From contig JADHOZ010000001.1 in the NCBI GenBank assembly GCA_016778745.1, positions 1 to 48,749 on the forward strand: 48,749 nt of DNA. Direction: 5' to 3'. The translations under genes were made by a program, and so were the position numbers. Origin of the DNA: Rickettsiales bacterium (GTDB taxonomy: Bacteria > Pseudomonadota > Alphaproteobacteria > Rickettsiales > UBA1997). Under the pieces are notes generated by a model. It was not told where the DNA came from. It searched no databases and saw only the letters and a program-made list of their open reading frames with translations. Of the stretch, positions 8,076-18,003 are shown piece after piece (position 1 is the first letter of the stretch; the number at the start of each line of letters is the position of its first letter).

Positions 8076-9371
8076 TTAGTAGTTAAGATTTTGTGAAATT
8101 GGCAAAAGAGCAGGGCAGTGATGGTTGATTTCACCAAGTAAGATATTTTTATCATCTCCTACAATTAGAAAATCAAATCCAAGCTCTAAAACGTCTTTAT
8201 ACTCATGTTTTAAATCGTTGTTTAGAGCATTCAAAATATGTTTGGTATGTTCTTTTACATTCTCTTGCTCAGCTTGGGTTAAATATTTAATTGGTAAAGA
8301 AATGGCTTTTCCGCCAGAGTAACAGGTTGTGAAATTATCATCTTTTTGGATAGATTTGCGATAAACATAGCCAGCCAAATAAAACTCGTTATTATCATTT
8401 TTCATGATATTTGCCCTAATATCTCCCTGCCTAACACCTTCAATAAATGGCTGAATTAGAATGTAGTCTTTGTATAATTTTTTAGCTTCATTAGAAATTT
8501 CATCGAGGCTGATTTGAGATAATTTTTGGTTACTATCGATTACTTGTGCATAACATAATATGTGCAGTGTTTTCCTTAATACGTCACCTAGTAAATCATC
8601 GTTAATATGAAAAATTTGTGCTTCATTTAGTTCGTGTGTCGTTTTTTGAAGAATTTCTTCTAGATCGTAACCATTCGCGCGAAATTCCATTGCAAAAACT
8701 CCCAGAGATTGAGCTGAATCTATAGGTTTTATGACTAATTTTTTATCATCACTTTGGTAAATGTGTTGATATTTTTTAATGGCCAAATTTATTTTTTCTT
8801 TTATGTTCTTATCGTTCAAACGCGTAACAAAAGTCGGAGTTGCTATTTCGTATTTCAACAATGTATTTAATTTTAAAGGTAATAATTTGTCGTTTAAGCC
8901 AATGGGGAGATGAATTTTCTTATGTGGAAATAGCGTTTTTAACTGCCTCAAATAGTCATCAATATTGCAATCTCCCTGAGGAGGGAACGGCGCTTTCATT
9001 GGTTCTAATCGCTGAATAATATTGTCAAATTCCGCTAATTTTACTTCTTTTTTGTCGATTTTTAGCGCTAATGTGGCAACATTTGGTGTTTTGACATTAA
9101 GTAACGAATTGAAGTCTTCATTTTCAATTAAATGAATGATATGGGCATTGAATTTTTCATATTGTTCGACCAATTTTTGTGCGTTGTGACTGTTCTTTTC
9201 AAGAACATAACAAGAAATCTCAGATTCCCTTTTTGTAAGAAATTGCTCATCGAGATTCCAGATATAGACACTATGTTGTTTTTTTAATGCGTCGACAATA
9301 TAAAAAAGGCTAGTATTTTGCCCTAAATGCATTTCGAAAAAATCTTCGTTAATTATTATGAGTGATTTCAT
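8076..9371 (-). CDS. Divergent, enlarged glutathione-synthetase-like ATP-grasp ligase
   Basis: 431 aa. The N-terminus resembles the GshB substrate domain (MKSLIIINEDFF...NTSLFYIVDALKKQHSVYIW). The C-terminus carries ATP-grasp blocks (LVIKPIDSAQSLGVF, GDIRANI, LGEINHHCP). About 115 aa longer than typical GshB. Confidence 0.5.
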   Translation of the reverse strand: MKSLIIINEDFFEMHLGQNTSLFYIVDALKKQHSVYIWNLDEQFLTKRESEISCYVLEKNSHNAQKLVEQYEKFNAHIIHLIENEDFNSLLNVKTPNVATLALKIDKKEVKLAEFDNIIQRLEPMKAPFPPQGDCNIDDYLRQLKTLFPHKKIHLPIGLNDKLLPLKLNTLLKYEIATPTFVTRLNDKNIKEKINLAIKKYQHIYQSDDKKLVIKPIDSAQSLGVFAMEFRANGYDLEEILQKTTHELNEAQIFHINDDLLGDVLRKTLHILCYAQVIDSNQKLSQISLDEISNEAKKLYKDYILIQPFIEGVRQGDIRANIMKNDNNEFYLAGYVYRKSIQKDDNFTTCYSGGKAISLPIKYLTQAEQENVKEHTKHILNALNNDLKHEYKDVLELGFDFLIVGDDKNILLGEINHHCPALLPISQNLNY

Positions 9372-9495
9372 ACAATTGTTTTATTGGTTCTCGAATCCGT
9401 ATTACCCATCTGATTAGCAAACAATTATTTTTTCAACTAAGAATTTGATTTCTATTGCAATTCTAGCCGCAACTATTTACGATAACGCGCCGCAT

Positions 9496-12372
9496 ATGAC
9501 AACAAACTTTTCTATTAAAAAAATGTCAAAAAATATAACACAGCATTTTAGCGATACTGCGCCGTTTTTTAGCACGAACGTCGTTTTTATTAATGAGCTT
9601 TACCAAAATTATCTAGCAAATCCCGCCTCTATTGACGAGTCTTGGGCCGACTTCTTTGCTAATAATAAATCTGAAGTCGAAGATATTTTATCTGATTATA
9701 ACGGCCCTAGTTGGTCAAAAAGAACGCTTAAAGTTGTTAAAGCTGGCGAATATGATATTTCAAATAATACTAAAAAAGAAGCGCCAAAATCTAAATCAAA
9801 TACTACTACCGAGCAAAAAGATTTAAAAGTTAGGCTCGATGCTTTAATCCTAGCTTATAAAGAGCATGGTCATTTAGCGGCTAATCTTGACCCCCTTAAT
9901 TTAACTAAAAAAATCCATGTTCCAGGCTTGGCACTAGAAAGTCATGATATTGAAAATGCAGATTTAGATAAAGAGGTCGAATTAAACGGCCAATTGGGGT
10001 TGCAAAAAGTAAAATTATCAGAAGCCATCAACCGAGTAAAGTCAATTTACGCTGGAAATGTTGGTTTTGAATTTGAATATATGCTAGATGTTGCTAAGAA
10101 AGAGTGGTTAGCAAAAGAATCTGAAAAAACTTTTATAACCGATTTAAGTGTAGCGGAAAAAAGAAAGTTGTTAAATGAGCTAATTAGAACGCAAAAATTT
10201 GAAGAATTTCTTCATAAAAGATTCCCGGGTGCAAAAAGATTCTCTGTTGAAGGTGGTGAATCATCAATTTGTGCCGTAGAAAAAGTAATCGAAGAGGGTT
10301 CGGAGTTAGGTCTTAAAAAAATCATTATCGGAATGGCACATCGTGGCCGCTTAAATACTCTAACCGGGGTTATGCGTAAACCTTACCACGAAATGATTGC
10401 GGAGTTTCAAGGTGTTCCAGGTCTTCCGGAAGGAATCACCAAATCAGGTGATGTTAAATATCACATGGGCTATGCCTCAACTCGTGAAATTAATGGTAAA
10501 AATATTGATCTATCCCTTGCTTTCAACCCATCGCACCTAGAAGCGGTTAATACTGTAGTAACGGGTAGAATCAGAGCAAAACAAGATGAATTTGGTGATA
10601 AAGATAAATCACAAGCAATGGCAATTTTAATTCACGGGGATGCGGCATTTGCTGGCCAAGGTTGTGTGGCTGAAAGTTTGGTTATGAATGGTGTTGGTGG
10701 TTATGACACCGGCGGCGTGATGCATATTATTGTTAATAACCAAGTAGGTTTCACCGCTAATCCAACTGATTCCAGAAGCACACGATATGCATCAGATTTA
10801 GCTAAATCAATTGATGCCCCAATTTTCCATGTAAATGGTGATGATGTTGAGTCAGTCGTTAAAGTTGCCGGTCTTGCAATGCGCTACCGTCAGCAATTTA
10901 AAAAAGACGTAGTCATTGACGTGATTTGCTACCGTAAATACGGCCACAATGAAGGTGACGAACCTCTTTACACTCAGCCTGTAATGTATTCGGTAATCAA
11001 ATCTCACCCAACAATTTGTGACATTTATTCCAAAGATTTAGAAAATAAAAACATAGTTTCTAAAGCTGATTACGAAAAATATGTCGCTGATTTTAATGAT
11101 CATCTCAATAAAGAATTTGAAAAAGCTAAAACCTACAAAGCAACCAATGCTAATTGGCTAGAAGCTAATTGGAGTAAAATTACAGAAGATAAGAAAAATC
11201 CAGAAACCAAAGTTTCAAAAAAAATCCTAAAAGAATTAGCAAAAAAAATTACTCACATTCCTGAAGGTTTTAATGCCAACAAGAAAATTGCCAAATTGTT
11301 AGATCAACGAAATGAAATGGTTGAATCTGGCGAAAATATTGACTGGGGAACGGCGGAGAGCCTTGCTTTTGCTAGCTTAATAAATGAAGGAACTAAAGTG
11401 AGAATAACCGGCCAAGATTCGGGACGTGGAACTTTCTCGCATCGTCACTCCGTACTCCACGATTCTAAAGACGGATCAGAATACGCAATATTTGACTCAC
11501 TAAGTGATAAAGTAAGTTACGAAGTATATGATTCAATTTTGTCTGAGTATGGTGTGTTAGGTTTTGAATATGGTTATTCACTTTCTGCGCCAAATGCTTT
11601 AACGATTTGGGAAGCGCAATTTGGTGATTTTGCTAATGGTGCGCAAATTATGTTTGACCAATTTATTGCTTCATCCGAAGTGAAATGGTTAAGAAAATCA
11701 GGCCTAGTAATGCTTTTACCTCATGGCTATGAAGGACAAGGCCCTGAACATTCTTCTGCAAGATTAGAGCGTTACCTTCAAGCATGCGCTGACAATAATT
11801 TAAGAGTTTGCAATATTACGAAACCAGCAAACTTCTTTCATGCTTTGAGAAGACAACTTCACTCCAAAGACAGAAAGCCTTTAGTAATAATGTCGCCAAA
11901 ATCACTTTTGCGTCACAAATTAAATGTTTCAAGCCTGTCTGAATTTAGTGACCTAAACTTCAGATCAGTAATTGCTGAAGAAGAAAAACTCGTTGCTAAT
12001 GACAAAGTTAAAAAAGTCATTTTATGTAGCGGTAAGGTTTATTATGATCTGTTAGAAGCAAGGACTGAAAAGAAAATTAAAGATATTGCTTTAATTAGAG
12101 TAGAGCAATTCTACCCATTTCCGAAAGAAGAATTATCAGTCGAACTTAAAAAATACAAAAATGCGCAAGTCGTTTGGTGCCAAGAAGAACCAAAAAATAT
12201 GGGTGCTTGGAAGTTCGTTGATGACTTACTCGAAGAAACTCTCATTTCGATTAAACATAAAATGAAGCGTCCAACTTATGTTGGCCGAATTGCTTCGGCA
12301 TCTCCAGCGACTGGATATGCGAAATATCATAAAAATGAGCAAGAAACTCTAATTAAGGAAGCCCTTAGTTAG
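9496..12372 (+). CDS. sucA: 2-oxoglutarate dehydrogenase E1 component
   Basis: The ORF track starts at 9445 (non-ATG). The first ATG is at 9496 and another is at 9523. The conserved N-terminus is [24 protein letters not shown]. ThDP-binding region and full-length E1o similarity are present. Confidence 0.9.
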   Translation: MTTNFSIKKMSKNITQHFSDTAPFFSTNVVFINELYQNYLANPASIDESWADFFANNKSEVEDILSDYNGPSWSKRTLKVVKAGEYDISNNTKKEAPKSKSNTTTEQKDLKVRLDALILAYKEHGHLAANLDPLNLTKKIHVPGLALESHDIENADLDKEVELNGQLGLQKVKLSEAINRVKSIYAGNVGFEFEYMLDVAKKEWLAKESEKTFITDLSVAEKRKLLNELIRTQKFEEFLHKRFPGAKRFSVEGGESSICAVEKVIEEGSELGLKKIIIGMAHRGRLNTLTGVMRKPYHEMIAEFQGVPGLPEGITKSGDVKYHMGYASTREINGKNIDLSLAFNPSHLEAVNTVVTGRIRAKQDEFGDKDKSQAMAILIHGDAAFAGQGCVAESLVMNGVGGYDTGGVMHIIVNNQVGFTANPTDSRSTRYASDLAKSIDAPIFHVNGDDVESVVKVAGLAMRYRQQFKKDVVIDVICYRKYGHNEGDEPLYTQPVMYSVIKSHPTICDIYSKDLENKNIVSKADYEKYVADFNDHLNKEFEKAKTYKATNANWLEANWSKITEDKKNPETKVSKKILKELAKKITHIPEGFNANKKIAKLLDQRNEMVESGENIDWGTAESLAFASLINEGTKVRITGQDSGRGTFSHRHSVLHDSKDGSEYAIFDSLSDKVSYEVYDSILSEYGVLGFEYGYSLSAPNALTIWEAQFGDFANGAQIMFDQFIASSEVKWLRKSGLVMLLPHGYEGQGPEHSSARLERYLQACADNNLRVCNITKPANFFHALRRQLHSKDRKPLVIMSPKSLLRHKLNVSSLSEFSDLNFRSVIAEEEKLVANDKVKKVILCSGKVYYDLLEARTEKKIKDIALIRVEQFYPFPKEELSVELKKYKNAQVVWCQEEPKNMGAWKFVDDLLEETLISIKHKMKRPTYVGRIASASPATGYAKYHKNEQETLIKEALS

Positions 12373-12443
12373 AGATACTTGCGTTTTTTGTTGACTTATT
12401 TACATTACACCAAAAATTAATATTTGTAATTAATACTACTAAC

Positions 12444-13673
12444 ATGACTATTGAAATAAAAGTTCCAGTACTTGGAGAATCAGTATCAGAAGCTGAAATA
12501 GCAACTTTAACAAAAAAAGTAGGTGATCATATTGATGCTGACGAATTATTAGCAGAATTAGAAACTGACAAAGTTACTCTAGAAGTTAACTCACCAGCCG
12601 CAGGGATAATTAAGGAATTAAAAGTATCTGAGGGCGATACTGTAGAAGTCGACAATATTATCGCGATTTTAGAAGAATCCTCCTCCGCCTCTGTCGAGAC
12701 TACGGCGAACAAGGGCCCCGTTGCTTCAACTCCGGAGGTTGCCCCGGCGCCAGCACAAACAACCTCAGGAACTAAACACCAACTGTCTCCAGCTCCAAAA
12801 AGATTAGTAGAAGAAAATAATCTTGATACTTCTTCAATCTCTGGTTCAGGAAAAGATGGTAGAATTACCAAAGGTGACGTTTTATCGGCATTGGCAGGAA
12901 ATGCTCCAAAAAAATCAGAATCCTCATCGTCTCATAGCAAAGCGGCGACGGATTCGTCGGCTGATTTCGGTAGCAAGCCAGTTGAAAGAGTAAGAATGTC
13001 CAAGCTACGTCAAAAAGTAGCCGAAAGACTTAAAGATTCTCAAAACACAGCTGCAATCTTAACGACTTTCAATGAAGTTGACATGACGGAAGTAATGTCT
13101 CTTCGTAAAAAATACAAAGACTTATTTGAGAAAAAACAAGGAACTAAACTTGGTTTCATGTCTTTCTTTGTAAAAGCTTGTGTGGCTGCTCTTAAAGAGC
13201 TACCGGCTGTCAATGCAGAGATTGATGGAACAGACATCATTTACAAAAATTTCTATGACATCGGTGTAGCAGTTGGTTCACCGCAAGGTCTAGTAGTGCC
13301 AGTTTTAAGAGATGCTGACAAACTAAGCGTTGCCGGAATCGAGCAAGGAATTGTTGATTTGGGAACAAAAGCTAGAGACGGTAAATTGTCAATGGCTGAT
13401 CTGCAAGGCGCAACTTTCACCATCTCAAATGGCGGTGTTTATGGCTCATTAATGTCTACGCCAATCATCAACCCTCCACAGTCAGGAATTCTTGGTATGC
13501 ATAAAATCCAAGAAAGACCGATGGTGGTAAATGGTGAAATCAAAATATGCCCAATGATGTATTTGGCTCTCTCTTACGATCACAGAATCATTGACGGTAA
13601 AGAAGCCGTTACGTTCTTAGTAAGAGTAAAAGAATTACTAGAAGATCCATCAAGATTAGTTTTGGATATTTAG
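12444..13673 (+). CDS. sucB: Dihydrolipoyllysine-residue succinyltransferase (E2o)
   Basis: 409 aa. Lipoyl domain ([11 protein letters not shown]), Ala/Pro-rich linker, E3-binding domain, catalytic DHRIIDG motif. Confidence 0.95.
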   Translation: MTIEIKVPVLGESVSEAEIATLTKKVGDHIDADELLAELETDKVTLEVNSPAAGIIKELKVSEGDTVEVDNIIAILEESSSASVETTANKGPVASTPEVAPAPAQTTSGTKHQLSPAPKRLVEENNLDTSSISGSGKDGRITKGDVLSALAGNAPKKSESSSSHSKAATDSSADFGSKPVERVRMSKLRQKVAERLKDSQNTAAILTTFNEVDMTEVMSLRKKYKDLFEKKQGTKLGFMSFFVKACVAALKELPAVNAEIDGTDIIYKNFYDIGVAVGSPQGLVVPVLRDADKLSVAGIEQGIVDLGTKARDGKLSMADLQGATFTISNGGVYGSLMSTPIINPPQSGILGMHKIQERPMVVNGEIKICPMMYLALSYDHRIIDGKEAVTFLVRVKELLEDPSRLVLDI

Positions 13674-13680
13674 TTTAAAA

Positions 13681-13713
13681 AAGGGGGGTTAAAATTTAGC
13701 CTCCCTTTTTTAT
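13681..13713 (+). terminator. Rho-independent terminator after sucB
   Basis: AAGGGGGG (13681-13688), 11-nt loop, CCTCCCTT (13700-13707), then TTTTAT. Confidence 0.7.
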
Positions 13714-13721
13714 ACCTACCA

Positions 13722-14513
13722 ATGAACATAATATTATTTCACATTATCAAATATCCGCTAGATTCGGCATTACTAGTGATATCTACAATATTATTCGCAT
13801 TTCTTTTAAGAAAAATATCAAGTAGTAATTTTATCCAAAAAACATTCGGATTTTTTATACTGGCCTACGTATTTCTATTTTGGGGAGATGCAATAGCTAC
13901 ATCTGGTGGTACAGGTAGCTTTATTGGTCCGGATATAGTATTAACAAACCACCATGTTGTAAATAATAGCTGTAGCGCAATCAAGATTATTAATAATGGG
14001 AAAGAATATGAGGGAGAGTATATTGATGGCATTAATAAAAATGGTGTCGATTTATCTTACGTAAAAGTTAACAATATTCAAAAGCGGTACTTCTTGAAAG
14101 TTAGTGACACAAAAGCTGCTCTGGGAGAGAAGGTATTTTTTCCAGATTATGATCAAAATAATTTAGGAGTATTTACAGTTTCTACGGGATTTGTAAAAAA
14201 TTATCTTTCTAGTGGTGAATTTCGCTTTGAATCAAACAATGCCAGGCCAGGCAATAGTGGATCACCAATATTAAATCAGTATGGCAATCTTGTTGGAGTG
14301 TTATGGGGAGGAAATTGGATTAATCATTTTGTCCATAGCAAAGGAGTCGGCGGTAATGGCGTTAGTAATTCTCTGGACTGGGTCATTAATATTGCTAAAA
14401 AGAATAATATTGCGCTACACACATCATCTGCACATACTATCTTTTCTAAACAATCGATAAAGCGTCTTATTGACAATGTATCAGTTAGTATTATTTGTCA
14501 GAGACCGATATAA
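13722..14513 (+). CDS. Membrane-anchored trypsin-like (S1 family) serine protease
   Basis: 263 aa with N-terminal hydrophobic segments. Catalytic-triad contexts are LTNHHVV (His), GVDLSYVKV (Asp) and PGNSGSPILN (Ser). No PDZ domain. Confidence 0.65.
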   Translation: MNIILFHIIKYPLDSALLVISTILFAFLLRKISSSNFIQKTFGFFILAYVFLFWGDAIATSGGTGSFIGPDIVLTNHHVVNNSCSAIKIINNGKEYEGEYIDGINKNGVDLSYVKVNNIQKRYFLKVSDTKAALGEKVFFPDYDQNNLGVFTVSTGFVKNYLSSGEFRFESNNARPGNSGSPILNQYGNLVGVLWGGNWINHFVHSKGVGGNGVSNSLDWVINIAKKNNIALHTSSAHTIFSKQSIKRLIDNVSVSIICQRPI

Positions 14514-14551
14514 CACCAAATAAAGATAGGAATTAATTTCACGAAAAAAGT

Positions 14552-15427
14552 TCAAATTCTAAGGAATTTGGCTGCCTTTATTTGCTCAAGCAATATTTTT
14601 TTGGATGAAGATTTACGAAAATAAAACCCAATCTTTCTAGTTGGCCTAGTAGCGAGTTTCAAATATTGAATATGTTTAGATTTTCGGGTTGCAATTTCTG
14701 GAATCATTGTAATTCCGGCACCAATTTCAACCATCTGAATCAATGTTTCCAAGCTAGACGCTGCAAAATCACTGCGTGTTTTTAAATTACCCAGCAAACT
14801 ACAAGCCTCAAGCGCTTGATCCCTCAAGCAATGTCCATCTTCTAACAACATTAGGCTCTCATCAGCTAAATCTTTATTAGACACAGCGCCCTTTAATTTA
14901 GCTAAATCATGGTTCTTATTAACCGCTAATAAAAACTCTTCTTCAAATAATTCTACACATTCAAACTCATCATCATTGACTGGTATTGCCAAAAATGCAC
15001 AATCAATTTCCCCCGATTTAAGATTAGCAATAATTTTATCCGTTTTGTCTTCAACCAACAATAATTTTAGACTCGGAAATGTCTTCAAAAAATGATTAGT
15101 TATTTTCGGAAAATAATAACTCGCCAACGTAGGAAAAGCGGCAATTCTCAATTCTCCAGAAAAGGGGTCGTGATGATTCTTAGCTATCTCTTTTATTTCC
15201 TTAACTTTTGTTAAAATTTCTTCGGATTTTTCAAGAATTTTTTTTCCTACATCCGTAATAATAAAGGTTTTGCCCTGTCTTTCGAAAATTTGAACACTAT
15301 GTTCAAATTCTAGTTTTTGAATTTGCATTGTTAAAGTAGGTTGGCTAACAAAAACCTTTTTAGCGGCCTTAGTAAAACTTCCTTCCTTAGCAACCGCGCA
15401 GATATATTCCAAATCCCTGATATTCAT
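14552..15427 (-). CDS. oxyR: LysR-family hydrogen peroxide-inducible regulator OxyR
   Basis: 291 aa with an N-terminal LysR HTH. LLEDGHCLRDQALEACS contains the two redox-active cysteines with OxyR spacing. Divergent from ahpC. Confidence 0.85.
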   Translation of the reverse strand: MNIRDLEYICAVAKEGSFTKAAKKVFVSQPTLTMQIQKLEFEHSVQIFERQGKTFIITDVGKKILEKSEEILTKVKEIKEIAKNHHDPFSGELRIAAFPTLASYYFPKITNHFLKTFPSLKLLLVEDKTDKIIANLKSGEIDCAFLAIPVNDDEFECVELFEEEFLLAVNKNHDLAKLKGAVSNKDLADESLMLLEDGHCLRDQALEACSLLGNLKTRSDFAASSLETLIQMVEIGAGITMIPEIATRKSKHIQYLKLATRPTRKIGFYFRKSSSKKILLEQIKAAKFLRI

Positions 15428-15501
15428 AAGTAAAATCTATTAAATTAATAAGAAGAATCGATTTTATTTATTAAAAACTCGCTAATATATTTTGCAACAA
15501 T

Positions 15502-15520
15502 TAATGAGGTGGTCTCATTA
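15502..15520. promoter_or_regulatory. Dyad TAATGAG-N5-CTCATTA in the oxyR/ahpC divergent control region
   Basis: 7-bp perfect inverted repeat ending 26 nt upstream of the ahpC ATG, just before the RBS AAGGAGA (15534-15540). Function is unproven (operator or 5' UTR hairpin). Confidence 0.3.
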
Positions 15521-15545
15521 GTAATAACAAAAAAAGGAGAAAATT

Positions 15546-16094
15546 ATGATTAGTATAGGAGAAAAATTCCCGCAATTCGCAGGAAAAGCCGTAAAGAGAG
15601 GAAAATTATCAGCTGATGTCAATGCAGCATTCACTGATATTTCAAATGAAAATTACCAAGGAAAATGGTTGGTAATGTTCTTTTGGCCAAAAGATTTCAC
15701 CTTTGTTTGCCCAACTGAAATTGCCGAATTCGGTAAATTAAACGAACAATTTGAAGATCGTGATGCCAAAATACTAGGTGCCAGTACCGATTCGGAATTT
15801 GTTCATCTTGCTTGGAAAAACGACAAAGAAGAACTAAAAGACTTGCCTTTCGAGATGTACTCTGACATTAAACGTCAATTAGTTTCAGACCTCGGAATTA
15901 TTGACAAAAAAGAGGGTGTCGCTCAAAGGGCAACGTTAATAGTTGATCCAGAAGGAATTGTCAGATTCATCTACGTCACAGACCTAAATGTTGGAAGAAA
16001 CCCATCGGAAGTGTTAAGAGTGCTAGACGCCTTACAAACCGACGAACTTTGCCCATGCAATTGGAAAGCGGGCGACGAAACAATCAAACTCTAA
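15546..16094 (+). CDS. ahpC: Peroxiredoxin AhpC (AhpD-coupled type)
   Basis: 182 aa. Peroxidatic motif DFTFVCPTE and C-terminal LCPCNW. Followed by ahpD. Confidence 0.9.
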   Translation: MISIGEKFPQFAGKAVKRGKLSADVNAAFTDISNENYQGKWLVMFFWPKDFTFVCPTEIAEFGKLNEQFEDRDAKILGASTDSEFVHLAWKNDKEELKDLPFEMYSDIKRQLVSDLGIIDKKEGVAQRATLIVDPEGIVRFIYVTDLNVGRNPSEVLRVLDALQTDELCPCNWKAGDETIKL

Positions 16095-16110
16095 AGGTAT
16101 AATTTTATTA

Positions 16111-16140
16111 GGGCCGGACGGGGTTTTTAACCCCGCCCAC
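16111..16140 (+). promoter_or_regulatory. GC-rich intercistronic stem-loop between ahpC and ahpD
   Basis: CGGGGTT (16119-16125), TTT, AACCCCG (16129-16135), plus outer GG/CC pairs. No T-run follows, so it is more likely an attenuator or mRNA-stability/processing hairpin than a full terminator. Confidence 0.4.
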
Positions 16141-16168
16141 ACATTTATGTAAATACAAAGGAGAAAAA

Positions 16169-16696
16169 ATGAAAAATCTAAATGAATTACTAAGCGCTTT
16201 GCCAGAATATGCCAAAGACACCAAAATCAATTTGCAAAAATTAGTTAATACAGAAAATCAAACGTTGACAATCAAGCAAATATTTTTAATAGCTTTGGCT
16301 TCGGCTTATAAATTGCAAAATAAAAATATGATTCAAGCCTTAGAGAGCGAAGTAAAAGAAATTCTAAGTGAGCAAGAAATGAGGGCTGCAAAAATTGCCG
16401 CCACCATGATGGCGATGAATAATATTTACTACCGTTTTACGCATTTAGTTGAAGATCAAGAATATTTACAACTTCCGGCAGGACTTAGAATGGCATCAAT
16501 GTCAAATAGTGGCGTTGAAAATATCGATTTCGAGATTATATCATTAGGAATATCTGCAATTGAGGGTTGTGGAATGTGTATTTCATCTCATGCCAAGCAT
16601 TTGCAGAAATTAGGCTTAAGCAAAAGCCAAATTCAAGAAATTATTAAAATTGCAGCTGCCTTAGTATCGGCCAGTCAAGCCTTAAATATCGGCTAA
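16169..16696 (+). CDS. ahpD: Alkyl hydroperoxide reductase AhpD (carboxymuconolactone decarboxylase family)
   Basis: 175 aa with the EGCGMCISSH CxxC motif characteristic of AhpD. Strong RBS AAGGAGA upstream. Confidence 0.85.
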   Translation: MKNLNELLSALPEYAKDTKINLQKLVNTENQTLTIKQIFLIALASAYKLQNKNMIQALESEVKEILSEQEMRAAKIAATMMAMNNIYYRFTHLVEDQEYLQLPAGLRMASMSNSGVENIDFEIISLGISAIEGCGMCISSHAKHLQKLGLSKSQIQEIIKIAAALVSASQALNIG

Positions 16697-16792
16697 TATT
16701 TAATTATTTATTAATTTCTTGCCTTAAAGAATTTTAAACATAACTTTCAAAGTAGGTTACGTTTAATTTTCAAAAATAAAATAGGAGAAAAT

Positions 16793-17230
16793 ATGAGAAA
16801 TCATAAAACAATAGAATGCTTAGAAAAAACTTTAGCAAATTCATATGCGCTAGCTTTAAAATTACAAAATTATCATTGGAATGTTGAGGGCAAGCAATTT
16901 AAAGCGCTTCATGAAATGTTTGAAGATCAATATAATGAGCTATTTGGCGCAATTGACGAAATTGCTGAAAGAATTAGAGCGCTAGGTTCGAAAGTGGAAG
17001 GTACTTTAGGTGAGTTTTTTAAAGAAAGTGAATTAAAAAAAGCAAATAAAGATTTTGACTCAAATCTGATGGTGCAAGATCTAGCCGATGGTCATGAATT
17101 TATTGCAAAACAATTGCAGGAATTTGTAAAAACTGCGCAAGCAGAAGGAGACGAAGCGACGGCTGATATGTTTATTGCCAGAATCAAAACTCACGAAAAA
17201 GCAGCTTGGATGTTACGATCTAGTTTGTAA
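16793..17230 (+). CDS. dps: Dps-family DNA-binding ferritin-like protein
   Basis: 145 aa with Dps ferroxidase-site context (LQNYHWNVEG...LHEMFEDQY...DEIAERI). Confidence 0.85.
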   Translation: MRNHKTIECLEKTLANSYALALKLQNYHWNVEGKQFKALHEMFEDQYNELFGAIDEIAERIRALGSKVEGTLGEFFKESELKKANKDFDSNLMVQDLADGHEFIAKQLQEFVKTAQAEGDEATADMFIARIKTHEKAAWMLRSSL

Positions 17231-17244
17231 TTCTCTTACAGAAA

Positions 17245-17271
17245 TAGGGCTGGGGTTTTGCCTCAGCCCTA
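17245..17271. terminator. Hairpin between the convergent dps and 17288-17776 genes
   Basis: TAGGGCTGGGG-TTTTG-CCTCAGCCCTA, about 11 bp including one G-T pair. T-rich flank on the reverse strand (TTTCTG) and A-rich on the forward strand. Confidence 0.5.
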
Positions 17272-17287
17272 AAAATTATAGTTATCT

Positions 17288-17776
17288 TCATTCAATTTCT
17301 TCACACTCGCCATTGCCAATGTAAGCATCCAATCCGACAGTAGTAATTTCTTTGTAGCGTGAATTACCTAAGATTCTAATCAAACTTCCCAAAGGACCTT
17401 CAGCATGAATGTTGTAATAAATTCCGGCCGGTTCGAATTTAGCACTAATGCTTTCGCAATCCTCCTCACTGCAGCGAGTGATTTGCTTAGAATCTTTATC
17501 CAAAATTAAATAAGACGACACATCTTTCTTTTTACAAGACCATTTAGCGCATAAAAACCCGGTTCTGGGAGTGCATTTTAGTTTTTTCCATGACATGGAT
17601 TCACGACGATATTGCTGCGCCTGTTTAAATACGTCATCAAAATCCAATTTTTTAATTTTTTCATCTCTTGGATTATTTTCGTCTCTAATAATTTTATAAG
17701 ACACGGCAGATTCAGCAGAAACATTGAAACTAAATAAGGTAAAAAGAATAAATAAGAAGTTAAATAGTGATTTCAT
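17288..17776 (-). CDS. Secreted cysteine-containing hypothetical protein
   Basis: The ORF track extends to 17851. The ATG at 17776 gives MKSLFNFLFILFTLFSFNVSA-ES, a typical signal peptide. The mature part has 6 Cys. No recognisable family. Confidence 0.5.
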   Translation of the reverse strand: MKSLFNFLFILFTLFSFNVSAESAVSYKIIRDENNPRDEKIKKLDFDDVFKQAQQYRRESMSWKKLKCTPRTGFLCAKWSCKKKDVSSYLILDKDSKQITRCSEEDCESISAKFEPAGIYYNIHAEGPLGSLIRILGNSRYKEITTVGLDAYIGNGECEEIE

Positions 17777-18003
17777 GCCAATGAAATTTGATTTAATATT
17801 GATAGGCCATCTTAGGTAGATGGCAATGAAACCTAACGTCATGGATAACATATAGTTAAGATTTATTAAATCAATTTTAAAAAAATGGAGTCAGATTAGT
17901 AGCGGCGTTGAAATAATTTTATTGATATTTTGCGCAGGCAGTCATTAAATAAACCCAAATACCATGGGCAATATGCTCTATGAGTGTCTCACAAAATCAC
18001 ATC

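Noticed and set aside
15428-15545. Looked for a canonical OxyR tetrad (ATAG-N7-CTAT repeated) in the oxyR-ahpC intergenic region.
   Set aside because: Only scattered partial matches (CTAT, ATCGAT) occur in very AT-rich sequence. I could not define a convincing site by eye, so only the TAATGAG/CTCATTA dyad is reported, at low confidence.
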